A stretch of DNA of 60,060 bases, filler included, from Candidatus Zhuqueibacterota bacterium (GTDB taxonomy: Bacteria > BS750m-G25): the NCBI GenBank assembly GCA_016783505.1. It is 3 parts of 3 records of this genome, joined end to end, with 100 filler letters (N's around TTAATTAATTAA, not from the genome) between each part and the next. Parts side by side here need not be neighbours in the genome. Positions count along the whole stretch, not along the records: positions 20,687 to 40,422 come from JADHWK010000039.1; 2 more parts are not named here. One strand, given 5' to 3'. The notes below the pieces were generated by a model. That model was given only the letters and a program-made list of their open reading frames with translations, was not told the DNA's origin and searched no databases. A program made the translations under genes and the position numbers. This document shows positions 20,587 through 30,130 of this stretch, in pieces; the first letter of the stretch is position 1, and the number at the start of each line of letters is the position of its first letter.

Positions 20587-20686
20587 NNNNNNNNNNNNNN
20601 NNNNNNNNNNNNNNNNNNNNNNNNNNNNNNTTAATTAATTAANNNNNNNNNNNNNNNNNNNNNNNNNNNNNNNNNNNNNNNNNNNN
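20587..20686. other. Artificial contig linker
   Basis: N44-TTAATTAATTAA-N44, giving stops in all six frames. Confidence 0.98.
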
Positions 20687-20862
20687 GCCTCTTTACCCAC
20701 CACATTTGGGTCACCCTGGACCTCAACAACGAGCATTTTTTGCCCGGGCTTGATATGTATCTGGGGCTCCTTTAGGTATTGATATTCACTAAGATCCCGG
20801 GCACAACCGAAGAACAACACAAGCATCCCCAGCGCCGTCATTAATATTAGTACCTTCTTCAT
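20687..20862 (-). CDS. Lipoprotein, probably with a GyrI-like domain (3' end truncated)
   Basis: FFGC lipobox; KMLVVEVQGDPN resembles the start of GyrI-like domains. Confidence 0.6.
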
Positions 20863-21153
20863 CTTTTCTTCCCTCCTTTCGTTTTTAACTTTAGCCCCTT
20901 AGCGGTAAATGGCCAATCCCGAGTTACTCGGGAGAATCTCTGAGGCATTAGGTTACGTCAAAGGGTTGCGGTTACGAAACTCGTTTAGTCTGTCGTCAAT
21001 CGGTCTTAGGCCGTCGGCACGCAACCGTTTGCCGTAATCCCGATTTTCGGGACAACCGAGGGCCGTATTACGCAACCTACTGATTTGTTGAAGTAAATGC
21101 CTAGGAATTCAGAGACATTGAAGTTATTACCTCTGAAATATACAATATAATTG

Positions 21154-21169
21154 TGACAACAGTATGTCA
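21154..21169. promoter_or_regulatory. Palindromic operator TGACA-N6-TGTCA
   Basis: TGACAacagtaTGTCA upstream of the GyrI-like gene. Confidence 0.45.
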
Positions 21170-21240
21170 GCCTATTTTAAGATAACAAATTTTTCTAAAA
21201 ATGTCAAACCTAAAAGTCAAAAATCCCCCAACAAATAGGA

Positions 21241-21738
21241 CTAGATGTAGCCGCAGGCTTTACGCCTGCGAGCATAACTGCGCACCCCGAGCTTTGGTGG
21301 GGCTACGTCTTTTATTATCTCTCGACAGAACGGGCGGTTAGAACCCAGATAAAAGAGGTGGGACCGACATCGGCTTCGGCAATCGGACGCCCCAAAACCG
21401 GGTGCGATTATCTGAACCCCATCCGAACCCTTGACCTTCTCGGCAACCTGGCATTCGTTTCTATTCGGGCTCGGGAAAAGATAGGTAGCCACTATCCTGG
21501 CGTTTTCATCGGCGAGCAGGTAGTCAACATGCCAGTGGACCTTTTTGCCCCGCTTTTTTCGATGTCTCTCTACCCGGGCCCTTAGCCCCTGCATGGCGCT
21601 GCCGACGTAAGCATAATATCCAGCGGGAAAATCCAACTTACCCAATTTCCCTATTCTTAGGCAGCGGTTTTTCTCAAGATGGATCAGAAGCACATAAGCA
21701 CCGCGGTCCAGGAACTCAGCGCTTTCCCTTTTATTCAC
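21241..21738 (-). CDS. GIY-YIG / DUF123 endonuclease-like protein
   Basis: GAYVL, YAYVGSA, RVERH, HWHVDYL and GFGASDC..CRSHL. Confidence 0.88.
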   Translation of the reverse strand: MNKRESAEFLDRGAYVLLIHLEKNRCLRIGKLGKLDFPAGYYAYVGSAMQGLRARVERHRKKRGKKVHWHVDYLLADENARIVATYLFPSPNRNECQVAEKVKGSDGVQIIAPGFGASDCRSRCRSHLFYLGSNRPFCREIIKDVAPPKLGVRSYARRRKACGYI

Positions 21739-21873
21739 ACCCAGACTAATTCCCCCTTTTCAAGAAATAGAAGAGTAGGTCCGAAATGTCCCAAAGCTTC
21801 GAGACTTTCGGACAATTAGAAAGAAAAGTCGGAAAGTCCCGTTCCGAGACTTCGGTATCGAGACATTTCCGAC

Positions 21874-22404
21874 CTACGATGCTTTCAAAAAAATATACGA
21901 CCCTTTCCCTTTTCTTGACAATTTAAACAAATTCTTTTTTGTTATTTTAGATATTATTTCATCGTATTTCATATGGTGATCGCTGAAAGACAAAATAGAA
22001 TTGGGCTTCAATATTCGATGTAACTCTTCTAACACCACATCTGGATCAGTTAAACCATGATAGGTATCATATAATAAAATTACATCTATACTACCATTTT
22101 CTAATCCAGTTTCGCAATCGGAACAAATGGTTTCCACATTCGATAGTTGCTTTCTTGAAGCGATTCTCTGAACCCTCCAAATCGCAAGTGGATGGTTATC
22201 CAGGGCGTAGACCTTCCCTGATTTGCCCACCAATTCTACAAGGGGGATTATATAACTCCCGGGTCCACAGCCATAATCAAGTACATGGAACCCCGGTTTT
22301 ATCTCCACCTCTTTCAAGATATTAATGCGGGGTAAGAAGAAATCGCGAAATTTGAAACCAAAAGACATGAATTTGAAGTGAAAATTGCTCGTTGGCTTTT
22401 CCAT
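21874..22404 (-). CDS. Class I SAM-dependent methyltransferase
   Basis: VLDYGCGPG, KVYALD and ELHRILKP. Confidence 0.9.
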   Translation of the reverse strand: MEKPTSNFHFKFMSFGFKFRDFFLPRINILKEVEIKPGFHVLDYGCGPGSYIIPLVELVGKSGKVYALDNHPLAIWRVQRIASRKQLSNVETICSDCETGLENGSIDVILLYDTYHGLTDPDVVLEELHRILKPNSILSFSDHHMKYDEIISKITKKNLFKLSRKGKGSYIFLKAS

Positions 22405-22940
22405 AATAACCCCTTTCACCATCTACAATATTATTTTCTTAACCAGATTTCCAAGTTTATCCCTTCCGCCTTAATTTCAAAATCTGCAAATTGAGTGTCC
22501 TCTATGATTTTCTCAATTTGCCTAGATTATTCATAGAATTTAGCCACGAAAACTCTAAGTCACTAAGAATATAAAATATAAAAGCCGTCCCGTTTGTAAA
22601 CTGAGTTTCTCTCTATTAATCTGTGAACATTTGCTTAATCTAAATTTAATCAAGACTTTGTGTCTTGGTGTCTTTGTGGCATATGAATTATTCAGGTTTG
22701 CTTTGCTGTGTAGCTTTCCCTAAATGAATGCTTCAATCCCCAACGCATGATTTTATAATCAACAATGTCTGTCCGCTAATCTTCTGTACTCTTTCTGCAT
22801 CTTTTCGGTATTTTTGGCCCATTCCGCGTATTTGATTGCAAAATAGCCTTCAACCCCTTAAGACACAAGTTGCTTCATTGTCTGAAATAAATTCAACCCC
22901 CTTGATTGTTTTTGCACTTTATCCTAACTCCAGGATGAAA

Positions 22941-23267
22941 TTACGTTTGTTGATCTGATGCTGCTGGGGATTTTTCCCCTTCGTCAAAGTGCTCCTTGAA
23001 CTTGGCCCGAAACTTTTCTTTCCACCGATTATGGTCATGATTGTGGTCGTGATCGTATTCGTGATGGTGCCCGGCCTTGAATAATAGATGGGCCAGGATG
23101 ACCAATCCCCATGCCTGCCAGAAGGTAATGGTGGATAGTCCAAAAATGGTTGGCATCAACCAATTCCAAAGGATCATGACCAACCAGCCGAACAAAAAGG
23201 CAATCACCACCCCCAATCCGATGCCCCCAATCGCCATCAAGATGATCTTCAAAATTTTCTTTAACAT
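22941..23267 (-). CDS. Small membrane protein, ECF-sigma-associated, with a His-rich tail
   Basis: LWNWLMPTIFGL.TITFWQAWGL; AGGAGGAG RBS. Confidence 0.75.
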   Translation of the reverse strand: MLKKILKIILMAIGGIGLGVVIAFLFGWLVMILWNWLMPTIFGLSTITFWQAWGLVILAHLLFKAGHHHEYDHDHNHDHNRWKEKFRAKFKEHFDEGEKSPAASDQQT

Positions 23268-23323
23268 GTCTCCTCCTATTATTCTTGCTTAAACCAATTC
23301 TTTATGTTTTTTATCTAATATCT

Positions 23324-23872
23324 TTATTTAACATCATTTAACAAATCTCTTATTTCACTCAATCTTTTTCTCAAAAACAACACCGCATATCTTTTCCTTG
23401 AGATCAATGTGTTTATAGGTTCACCGGTCATCGCCGAAATCTCTCTGAAGGTCTTTCCTTCTACTGCCTGCCAGATGAAAACATGACGCTGTTTCTCTGG
23501 TAATTCATCTAAGCTATCGGCGATTGCATCAGCCAGAAGTTTGTGAAAGAACTCTTTTTCGGGATGAAGCCCGCTGTCGGCCAATAAATCTCCCAGTAAC
23601 AGACCTTCCTCATTTTCCTGAAGAGAAACCCTGATGGGTCTCTTTTTTCGGTACCAGTCAATGATCTTATTGCGGGCGGCGGTGTAAAACCAGCCGATCA
23701 AATTCTCAATGGGCTGGGTGACACTTATACCCTGCAAGGTATGGTAAAAGACATCATGAAGAATGTCCTCGGCATCCTCGAGGTTCTCTACTCTGCTTCT
23801 GATGTAAGCCAGCAGGCGTCCCCGCTCTTTTCTATAAGCCTCGCCAATTTCCAGTGTCAATACCGCCTCCAT
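23324..23872 (-). CDS. ECF sigma factor
   Basis: DAEDILHDVF, WFYTAARNKIID, LPEKQR and TFREIS. Confidence 0.92.
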   Translation of the reverse strand: MEAVLTLEIGEAYRKERGRLLAYIRSRVENLEDAEDILHDVFYHTLQGISVTQPIENLIGWFYTAARNKIIDWYRKKRPIRVSLQENEEGLLLGDLLADSGLHPEKEFFHKLLADAIADSLDELPEKQRHVFIWQAVEGKTFREISAMTGEPINTLISRKRYAVLFLRKRLSEIRDLLNDVK

Positions 23873-24130
23873 CTCACTATTAATGACGAGAAATTGATGA
23901 AAATATTTTAATCTAGATTCGAAAATCTTTTATTACTTTGGTGCAACGTGTTGAAACCCCTAGGAAACCCACGATTTCAATCGTGGGTTCCAGATACTAA
24001 AGATAGAATTCAACCGATCAGTCAAGCTCCCGACTGGTTCGTGGGCTACTAAAAGGTGAAATTCATAATCTTGGCTTAAAAAAATATGAAAAGTTTTGGA
24101 AAAATGCAAGTTAAAAATCCCCAAAAAATA

Positions 24131-24157
24131 AAAAACCCCCGAAGAATTCAGGGGTTT
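24131..24157 (-). terminator. Intrinsic terminator after the sORF
   Basis: Minus strand AAACCCCTGAA-ttc-TTCGGGGGTTT followed by a T-tract. Confidence 0.8.
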
Positions 24158-24185
24158 GTAGGTAGTGAGCAGTTTCAGGTCGTGC

Positions 24186-24248
24186 TCAGGACCATCTAAG
24201 GCAACCCTCAGCACAGTGGGCCACAGGTCTCAGCATCCACCTTTTCAT
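24186..24248 (-). CDS. Unannotated 20-aa peptide MKRWMLRPVAHCAEGCLRWS
   Basis: GGAGGTG RBS 4 nt before the ATG; own promoter and terminator. Confidence 0.65.
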   Translation of the reverse strand: MKRWMLRPVAHCAEGCLRWS

Positions 24249-24301
24249 ATGACACCTCCATTCATTCTAACCGGGTTTTCTGGCATTTATTTTTGCAGAT
24301 A

Positions 24302-24330
24302 AATATACGGATTTTTAGGGACTTTGTCAA
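24302..24330 (-). promoter_or_regulatory. Sigma70 promoter for the sORF
   Basis: TTGACA-17-TATATT on the minus strand. Confidence 0.75.
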
Positions 24331-24679
24331 CGATTTTTTCTTTTCCTTAGGAAAATGGAAATGTACGAAAAAACCTTAATTCAAAACCACTATTTTCTTC
24401 ACCTACACAAAGTTACCTATTTTTATCTGAAAATATTTTCATCGCAAAGTTCACTAAGAACGCAGAGAAGAATATTTTCATTTAGCAATCAACAATCAGC
24501 TATCAGCTTCTTTTTTCTTAATTTTTCATTGCTAACTTTAAATTGCTAATTGCTAATTGCTAATTGCTAATTTTAATCATTACCTCAAAACCACCATCTT
24601 CTTTACCTACACAAAGTCACCTGGGCCCATCCGGTCTCCATAGATTTAATCCCGATGTTTTGGGATTTTATAAGCGACC

Positions 24680-25057
24680 TCATAGCAACCGTAATCTGGT
24701 GACCCTGGGGTCTATGATCACCTCCTCATGCTCAAAGTCAAGTTTGAAACGCCATTTCTGCATCGTAGCCGTCCCAATGATCACATCTTCCGATAAATCA
24801 GGAATTACCATAAACTCGTCAGAAAAGCGGTAGCCGTCAAGGTAGAAATCAAGGCTCACACGCTCCTTTGCCCCAATCTTTCTTTTTTTCTCCGCTGTTT
24901 CAAACTCCAGGGGAATTGGAATTCGCTCCAAAATTCCCAGACTTTTTGCCAGCCTTCTCTCAATGCAGGAATAGGTGGCACCCGAGTCAAACAGGCCTTC
25001 CAACTCCTTCTCCCCTTTTGAGCCTGCAAGTTTCAGTTTCTTGGTGATAACGGCCAT
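24680..25057 (-). CDS. Retropepsin-like aspartyl protease, copy 1
   Basis: LFDSGATYS and VIIGTATMQ; AGGAGG RBS; promoter TTGACA-17-TATATT at 25101-25129. Confidence 0.85.
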   Translation of the reverse strand: MAVITKKLKLAGSKGEKELEGLFDSGATYSCIERRLAKSLGILERIPIPLEFETAEKKRKIGAKERVSLDFYLDGYRFSDEFMVIPDLSEDVIIGTATMQKWRFKLDFEHEEVIIDPRVTRLRLL

Positions 25058-25171
25058 TATATAACCTCCTGAAAAACGTCTTCTTTTTGCTGCTTTTCTT
25101 AATATAGGAAAATTTAATACGATTGTCAATACCGAATTTCGCAGTGGCTGAAATTTATTGGAAGGGGGTTC

Positions 25172-25212
25172 AAAAAAAAAAAAAAACCGCCCCGTGCTGA
25201 GCTCGGGACGGC
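25172..25212 (-). terminator. Intrinsic terminator
   Basis: Minus strand GCCGTCCCG..CGGGGCGG followed by a long T-tract. Confidence 0.7.
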
Positions 25213-25549
25213 ATTTACGACGCTCTGTTTGTTTGGGATTACCTCAATACCGCTATCTTCTTCACCCGCACAAAGTTACCTATTTTTATCTGAAAATATT
25301 TTCTTATCAAATTTCACTAAGAACGCAGAGAAGAGTATTTTCATTTAGCAATCAACAATCAGCTATCAGCTTTATTGTTCTTAATTTTTCATTGCTAATT
25401 TTAAATTGTTAATTGCTAATTGCTAATTGCTAATTGCTAATTTTGATCATTACCTCAAAAACACCATCTTCTTTACCTACACAAAGTCACCTGGGCCCAT
25501 CCGGTCTCCATAGATTTAATCCCGATGTTTTGGGATTTTATAAGCGACC

Positions 25550-25927
25550 TTATAGTAACCGCAATTTGGTGACCCTGGGGTCTATGATCACCTCCTCGTG
25601 CTCAAAGTCAAGTTTGAAACGCCATTTCTGCATCGTAGTTGTCCCAATGATGACTTCCTCCGATAGATCAGGGATTACCATAAACTCATCCGAGAAGCGA
25701 TAGCCATTAAGATAAAAATCGAGCCTCACCACTTCTATTGCCTCTATTTCCTCACCCTCCTTTGCTGTCTCAAAGGAGAGCGGGGACGATAACGGAGTAA
25801 TGATCCCTAATTTCTGAGCCAATCCCTTCTCGATGCAGGAATAGGTGAAACCTGAGTCAAACAGGCCCTCCAACTCCTTCTCCCCTTTTGAGCCTGCAAG
25901 CTTAATCTTCTTTACAATAATTACCAT
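25550..25927 (-). CDS. Retropepsin-like aspartyl protease, copy 2
   Basis: LFDSGFTYS; paralogue of 24680-25057; upstream region differs and has no clear RBS. Confidence 0.8.
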   Translation of the reverse strand: MVIIVKKIKLAGSKGEKELEGLFDSGFTYSCIEKGLAQKLGIITPLSSPLSFETAKEGEEIEAIEVVRLDFYLNGYRFSDEFMVIPDLSEEVIIGTTTMQKWRFKLDFEHEEVIIDPRVTKLRLL

Positions 25928-26076
25928 GAATGCCAAGAAAAATTGTGAAGTTGGAGTCCACCTTTAATAATGTAATTTATAAGGTGGGCTCCAACTCAAC
26001 TTCACGAAAAATCTTTACTTCCTTAATTCCTGGAAAAAACTTATTTCATTGCCCTTAATTCCGCTAAATGACAAAG

Positions 26077-26148
26077 GTGGGTCAGACATTCCTGTCTGAC
26101 AATAATAAGAGAACAACTATGCGAACAGGCAAGAATGTCTGTTCTACC
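26077..26148. repeat. Inverted REP pair (BIME-like)
   Basis: GTGGGTCAGACATTCCTGTCTGAC and, on the other strand, GTAGAACAGACATTCTTGCCTGTTC. Confidence 0.65.
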
Positions 26149-26498
26149 AGTAACAATATAAATACAAATGAACAGCTACAACAAGACCTTATAGAAAAAT
26201 TGAGCGGATTAAAGGGCCTAATCAATTTCCTTTAATATCAAGAAAAATCTCTGGCTTGACCCTTCCCGAACCCCCGATCGTTCCCACCAAATCGCTTACA
26301 TTCATAGATTAGAAGTTGAATTTCCGAAAGCGTGAAGCGTGAAAGCGGAAGAGCAAAATTAACGCTCTCCGCTCTTACGCTCTCCGTTCTACGAAAAAAC
26401 TTCCAAAATTATTAAAGTTTAGGCGTTTTTTGCCCCGACACTTCGGGGTGAAATTTAGGCAATTCGATATATTATTTACTGTCTGTGAGGTACTGGGA

Positions 26499-27854
26499 TT
26501 AACCGACCTCCCGCCTCGCCCTTTTGTCCATCCAATCGGTGACGGTACGGAAGACAAGAAGCATCAGAAAGGCAAAGACCCCAATTGCTGCAAACACGTA
26601 CCATATATAGTGTGCATGAGCATAGGCCTCGGGCATGGGGGCTTGTCCGGCCAACGCCGCCAGCCTCTGTTCTTGCACAGCCATGGGCAAGGTTTTGGGA
26701 TCGGGGCAGAAGGCATCCAACAGGTATCCGGAAATGGCAAACCCGAACAGCCAGGCGAAGAAGGTGGTCAGGTGGGAATAGCCCATATACAGCCCCACCT
26801 CGCCTTCAGGGGCTTGCTTGGAGGCGTATTCTAAGAAACGGGGGGAAAGGAAGCATTCGGCCAGCCCCTGCAGGGCGATGCCTACCATCACCACCACCGT
26901 GATAGGGTGAAAGGCCACCGCACCGATAATCTTTACCGAGAGACCGGTTATGGCCTGGAGTTGCGGACTGAGGCTGATGGTAAGGGCGGAAAGGGGAATG
27001 ATAAAGAGCCCGATGGCGATTGAGCTCACCGGCCGTATTTTACTGACAAGATGAGTAATGGGAACTACTAATATCACCACCACCAAGGGATTGATGTTGG
27101 CCAGCCATTCCGGAGCCGCTCCCTCCCCCACCAAGCGAAGGACGTATTTGGGCATAGTGGCATAAAGCTGTCCCTTGATGGCCCAGAAGCCGGCCACGAT
27201 GAGGATCAAGCACATAAAGCGGATGTTCTTGACCACTTTGATTAACCCGTCCAGGGCCTCTTTGAGGCTTTTGCCCTCCCCGGCGGTGTCCACGCTCCGA
27301 TACAAAATAGTCACCAACAGCAGGGCACATAGGGCCATCAGGGCGGCATAGAAATTGATGTATTGGAGTCCCATTTCGGTCCGGAGGGGCTTGGCGACGG
27401 TTTTCCCTAAAAAAGCACCGATGTTCACTACCATGTAGAAGATAGAAAAGGCCCGGGCCCGGTTGTCATCATCTGAGCACTTGGCCACCGTTCCCGAGAT
27501 GATCGGCTTCACGAAAGATCCTCCAAGCATGATCAACCCCAGGGATAGGATGGCCGTGGCTTTGATCTGAAAGGCGCCTAAGAGCCCATAACCGCAGGCG
27601 AGCAGAAAAAAGGCCAGCGAGAGGGCCCTTTTAAAACCCATCATATCCGCTAAGCTGCCCGTAAAGGTAGGCAACAGGTAGATGAAACCGGCGAAAAAAC
27701 CCGCTACCCAGCCGGCCTCTTTGTCGGTAAAACCCACCTCCCGGGTTAGATAAAGAACCAAAGCGATGAACATTCCATAGAAAGCGGCCCGCTCAAAAAG
27801 CTCGATAGCATTAGCGGTCCAGAAGGTTCGGGGGGATAGAATGCGAATTTTCAT
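26499..27854 (-). CDS. MFS transporter, POT/PTR peptide-transporter-like
   Basis: ELFERAAFYG (ExxER motif) and FSIFYMVVNIGA. Confidence 0.88.
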   Translation of the reverse strand: MKIRILSPRTFWTANAIELFERAAFYGMFIALVLYLTREVGFTDKEAGWVAGFFAGFIYLLPTFTGSLADMMGFKRALSLAFFLLACGYGLLGAFQIKATAILSLGLIMLGGSFVKPIISGTVAKCSDDDNRARAFSIFYMVVNIGAFLGKTVAKPLRTEMGLQYINFYAALMALCALLLVTILYRSVDTAGEGKSLKEALDGLIKVVKNIRFMCLILIVAGFWAIKGQLYATMPKYVLRLVGEGAAPEWLANINPLVVVILVVPITHLVSKIRPVSSIAIGLFIIPLSALTISLSPQLQAITGLSVKIIGAVAFHPITVVVMVGIALQGLAECFLSPRFLEYASKQAPEGEVGLYMGYSHLTTFFAWLFGFAISGYLLDAFCPDPKTLPMAVQEQRLAALAGQAPMPEAYAHAHYIWYVFAAIGVFAFLMLLVFRTVTDWMDKRARREVG

Positions 27855-28011
27855 TTACCGATCCTTTCTTGATTACAGTTTAGTCAATATTGCTAGCGAA
27901 GTCTTTGACCTCAAATCAACGAGGCATGAAGTCAGTAAGAATCCGCCTACGGCGGACGAATATCGAAATCTCTCAGAACCGTTGGCCGAAACAAATTCCA
28001 ATCAGTCGGGC

Positions 28012-28239
28012 AGGTCTGTTGTAGAACTATTGCAAGGGAATAAATTTCTGTGCATAAAGTGTGTTGAAACAACGAGATTCTTCACTGCGTTCAGACTTGT
28101 CCTGAGGAACGAAGGAATGACATTTCCCAATGTTGTCATTCTGAAGAATCTAATTTTAATGAACTTTCTTTGAGATAGCGTGATAATTTATTATTACGCA
28201 AATGGGAAACCATCAATTTCAGAGTTGTGCAACAGGCCC
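28012..28239. mobile_element. MITE family A, copy 2
   Basis: Terminal inverted repeats AGGTCTGTTGTAGAACT / AGTTGTGCAACAGGCCC. Confidence 0.7.
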
Positions 28240-28386
28240 GGGCGCCTGACCGATGCCTAGAGCAATTCAGCTTTGGGCTGTTTCGTCCCGAGACTTCGGG
28301 ATAGGATTTCGAATTTCAAACCAGCACAGTTTGATTTCAGCGTAAAAACTGGACATAAGTTTTAAGATCTTAGCTTATGAAGACGT

Positions 28387-29253
28387 CTATTGTGAAACCG
28401 CTCTTTTTGAAGTCAAATGTACCCCCCCGATGATCAGAACCCCACTAAAAAGGGTTAATGGGGTAAAAGCCTCGTTCAGTACGATAACGGCCCCGAGGGT
28501 TGTCACCAACGGTTCCAAATACAGGTAAACCCCTACTTTGGTTGCCTCTAAATCTTTCAACGCCGAAAACCACAGGAAATAGGCGATACCAGAACAGAAT
28601 ATCCCCAGGTATAAAACGGCGATCCAACCGCTGGAGGAAAGTTGAAATAAGGGCGAAAACCCTTTACCGGACAAAGCCAATGGGGTCACCAAAAGCCAGC
28701 CTACGGCCATCTGATTGGCGGTGGTCACCAGTGATGGAAACTTTTCCAGAACCCTCTTTCCAAAGACGGAATAGATGGCCCAGGTTAAGCAACTGATTAG
28801 GATAAGTCCATCACCCAGCGTGGATGTAAACCCCAGATTACGAAAACTTCCCCCGGTCAATAGCAGCAGGGCACCGGTGGCGGCAATCACGATTCCCAAT
28901 ATTTTATTGGTGGTAAACTTTTCGGCCAGGAAGATCCGCCCTAATATGGCGATAAAAACAGGGATGATCGCCATTAGCCAGCCGGTGTTGACGGCGGTTG
29001 TATACTGGAGAGCCACCACCTGGAGCATCAGGTGAACGAAAACGATCACCCCTAACAGGAGAAATCCACCCCACTCCCTGAGGGGAAAGATCTTAAATTT
29101 TCCCAGAAATATGAGGGATGAAAAAAGTAAAGCTGACCCCAATCCCAGCCTGACGAACAGGATCATGGCCGGGGCCAGCTCTCGGAGGGCGATTTTGGTA
29201 GCAATGAAGGACAGGCCCCAGAAGATGATAGTCAAAAAAGCTTTGATGGACAA
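28387..29253 (-). CDS. EamA/DMT family transporter
   Basis: Two EamA repeats, about 10 transmembrane segments, FWGLSFIATK. Confidence 0.9.
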   Translation of the reverse strand: MSIKAFLTIIFWGLSFIATKIALRELAPAMILFVRLGLGSALLFSSLIFLGKFKIFPLREWGGFLLLGVIVFVHLMLQVVALQYTTAVNTGWLMAIIPVFIAILGRIFLAEKFTTNKILGIVIAATGALLLLTGGSFRNLGFTSTLGDGLILISCLTWAIYSVFGKRVLEKFPSLVTTANQMAVGWLLVTPLALSGKGFSPLFQLSSSGWIAVLYLGIFCSGIAYFLWFSALKDLEATKVGVYLYLEPLVTTLGAVIVLNEAFTPLTLFSGVLIIGGVHLTSKRAVSQ

Positions 29254-29262
29254 TATCTATAT

Positions 29263-29670
29263 TTACCCTATCCAGACCAATTTGACCTTTTCAACCCTTT
29301 TCATTTCCGAATCCCCCGTTACCAAATGGCCATCGTACCTGTGCGCCATCATCAATGCAAAGGCGTCGGCATAAGAAACGAGGTAACTGCCCTTGATCCT
29401 GCATACATCAAGTAGCAGTCCTTCGTCCAACTCATAACTTATTTCCAGTGGATAATTTTTAACAATTCCCCAGATGGCATTGGCGATGCTCTCCCCCTCC
29501 TCCTTGAAAACATGATAATAAACCTCCCCCAGATTAACGGCGTGCATGAAGATTTTCACCTTTCCCGCCTGCGCATCTGTTAAGATTTTTCCGACCCGAT
29601 CCGCGCCACTCTCATTGTTTAAATAAGCAATGATAGCAAAAGCATCAAAAATGTAATGTTCAGCATTCAT
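29263..29670 (-). CDS. vapC: VapC PIN-domain toxin
   Basis: IFDAFA, NLGEVYY, SYADAF and VTGD. Confidence 0.88.
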   Translation of the reverse strand: MNAEHYIFDAFAIIAYLNNESGADRVGKILTDAQAGKVKIFMHAVNLGEVYYHVFKEEGESIANAIWGIVKNYPLEISYELDEGLLLDVCRIKGSYLVSYADAFALMMAHRYDGHLVTGDSEMKRVEKVKLVWIG

Positions 29671-29918
29671 TTCTTTATCAGTCTTTTTTCCTTCTGTCTT
29701 TCCTCTTTTTTCATTCTTAACAGTGACTGGGTTGAGATTTTCGTCCCCCTTAGCATTCCCCGGGAATCTTTGATCGGATCCTCGGGGATGGGCACAAGGA
29801 CCAAATTTTGGCCCGTATCCACTATCTCTACTATGGTCTGTGGAAACAAGCCATACTTCTGGCGAAACTTCTTGGGAATGACCAGTTGACCCTTAGTAGA
29901 TATAACAGCTCTTTCCAT
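29667..29918 (-). CDS. AbrB/MazE-type antitoxin
   Basis: ISTKGQLVIPKKFR; overlaps vapC; promoter TTGACA-17-TACATT at 29954-29982. Confidence 0.88.
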   Translation of the reverse strand: MERAVISTKGQLVIPKKFRQKYGLFPQTIVEIVDTGQNLVLVPIPEDPIKDSRGMLRGTKISTQSLLRMKKEERQKEKRLIKK

Positions 29919-30130
29919 TTTACATCTCCTTAAAATGTCTTACTATTTTCAATAATGTAATACTTATATATCAAAATGTCAAGAATAATCTTTGTCCCAA
30001 GTTTGCCCTTCTAATGATCCGATACTGTCGGACAATCTCTTTTTGGAGTGAAGCAACCATGTCACTTCATGCATCAATCCCGATAAATATCGGGACCCTC
30101 CAAATTACTCCAAATCTTAAACACCATTTC

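Larger units (their letters stand above)
24376..25927. repeat. Tandem duplication of about 690 bp (24376-25057 and 25239-25927)
   Basis: Near-identical non-coding parts, including (TTGCTAA)n; paralogous protease genes. Confidence 0.9.

Noticed and set aside
20587-20686. TTAATTAATTAA as a biological motif (also at 40467)
   Set aside because: Identical N-flanked linker at both sites; adjacency across it carries no information
24160-24188. Selenocysteine read-through of the sORF TGA
   Set aside because: The hairpin is short and includes the TGA itself, unlike a bacterial SECIS, and read-through runs into the terminator
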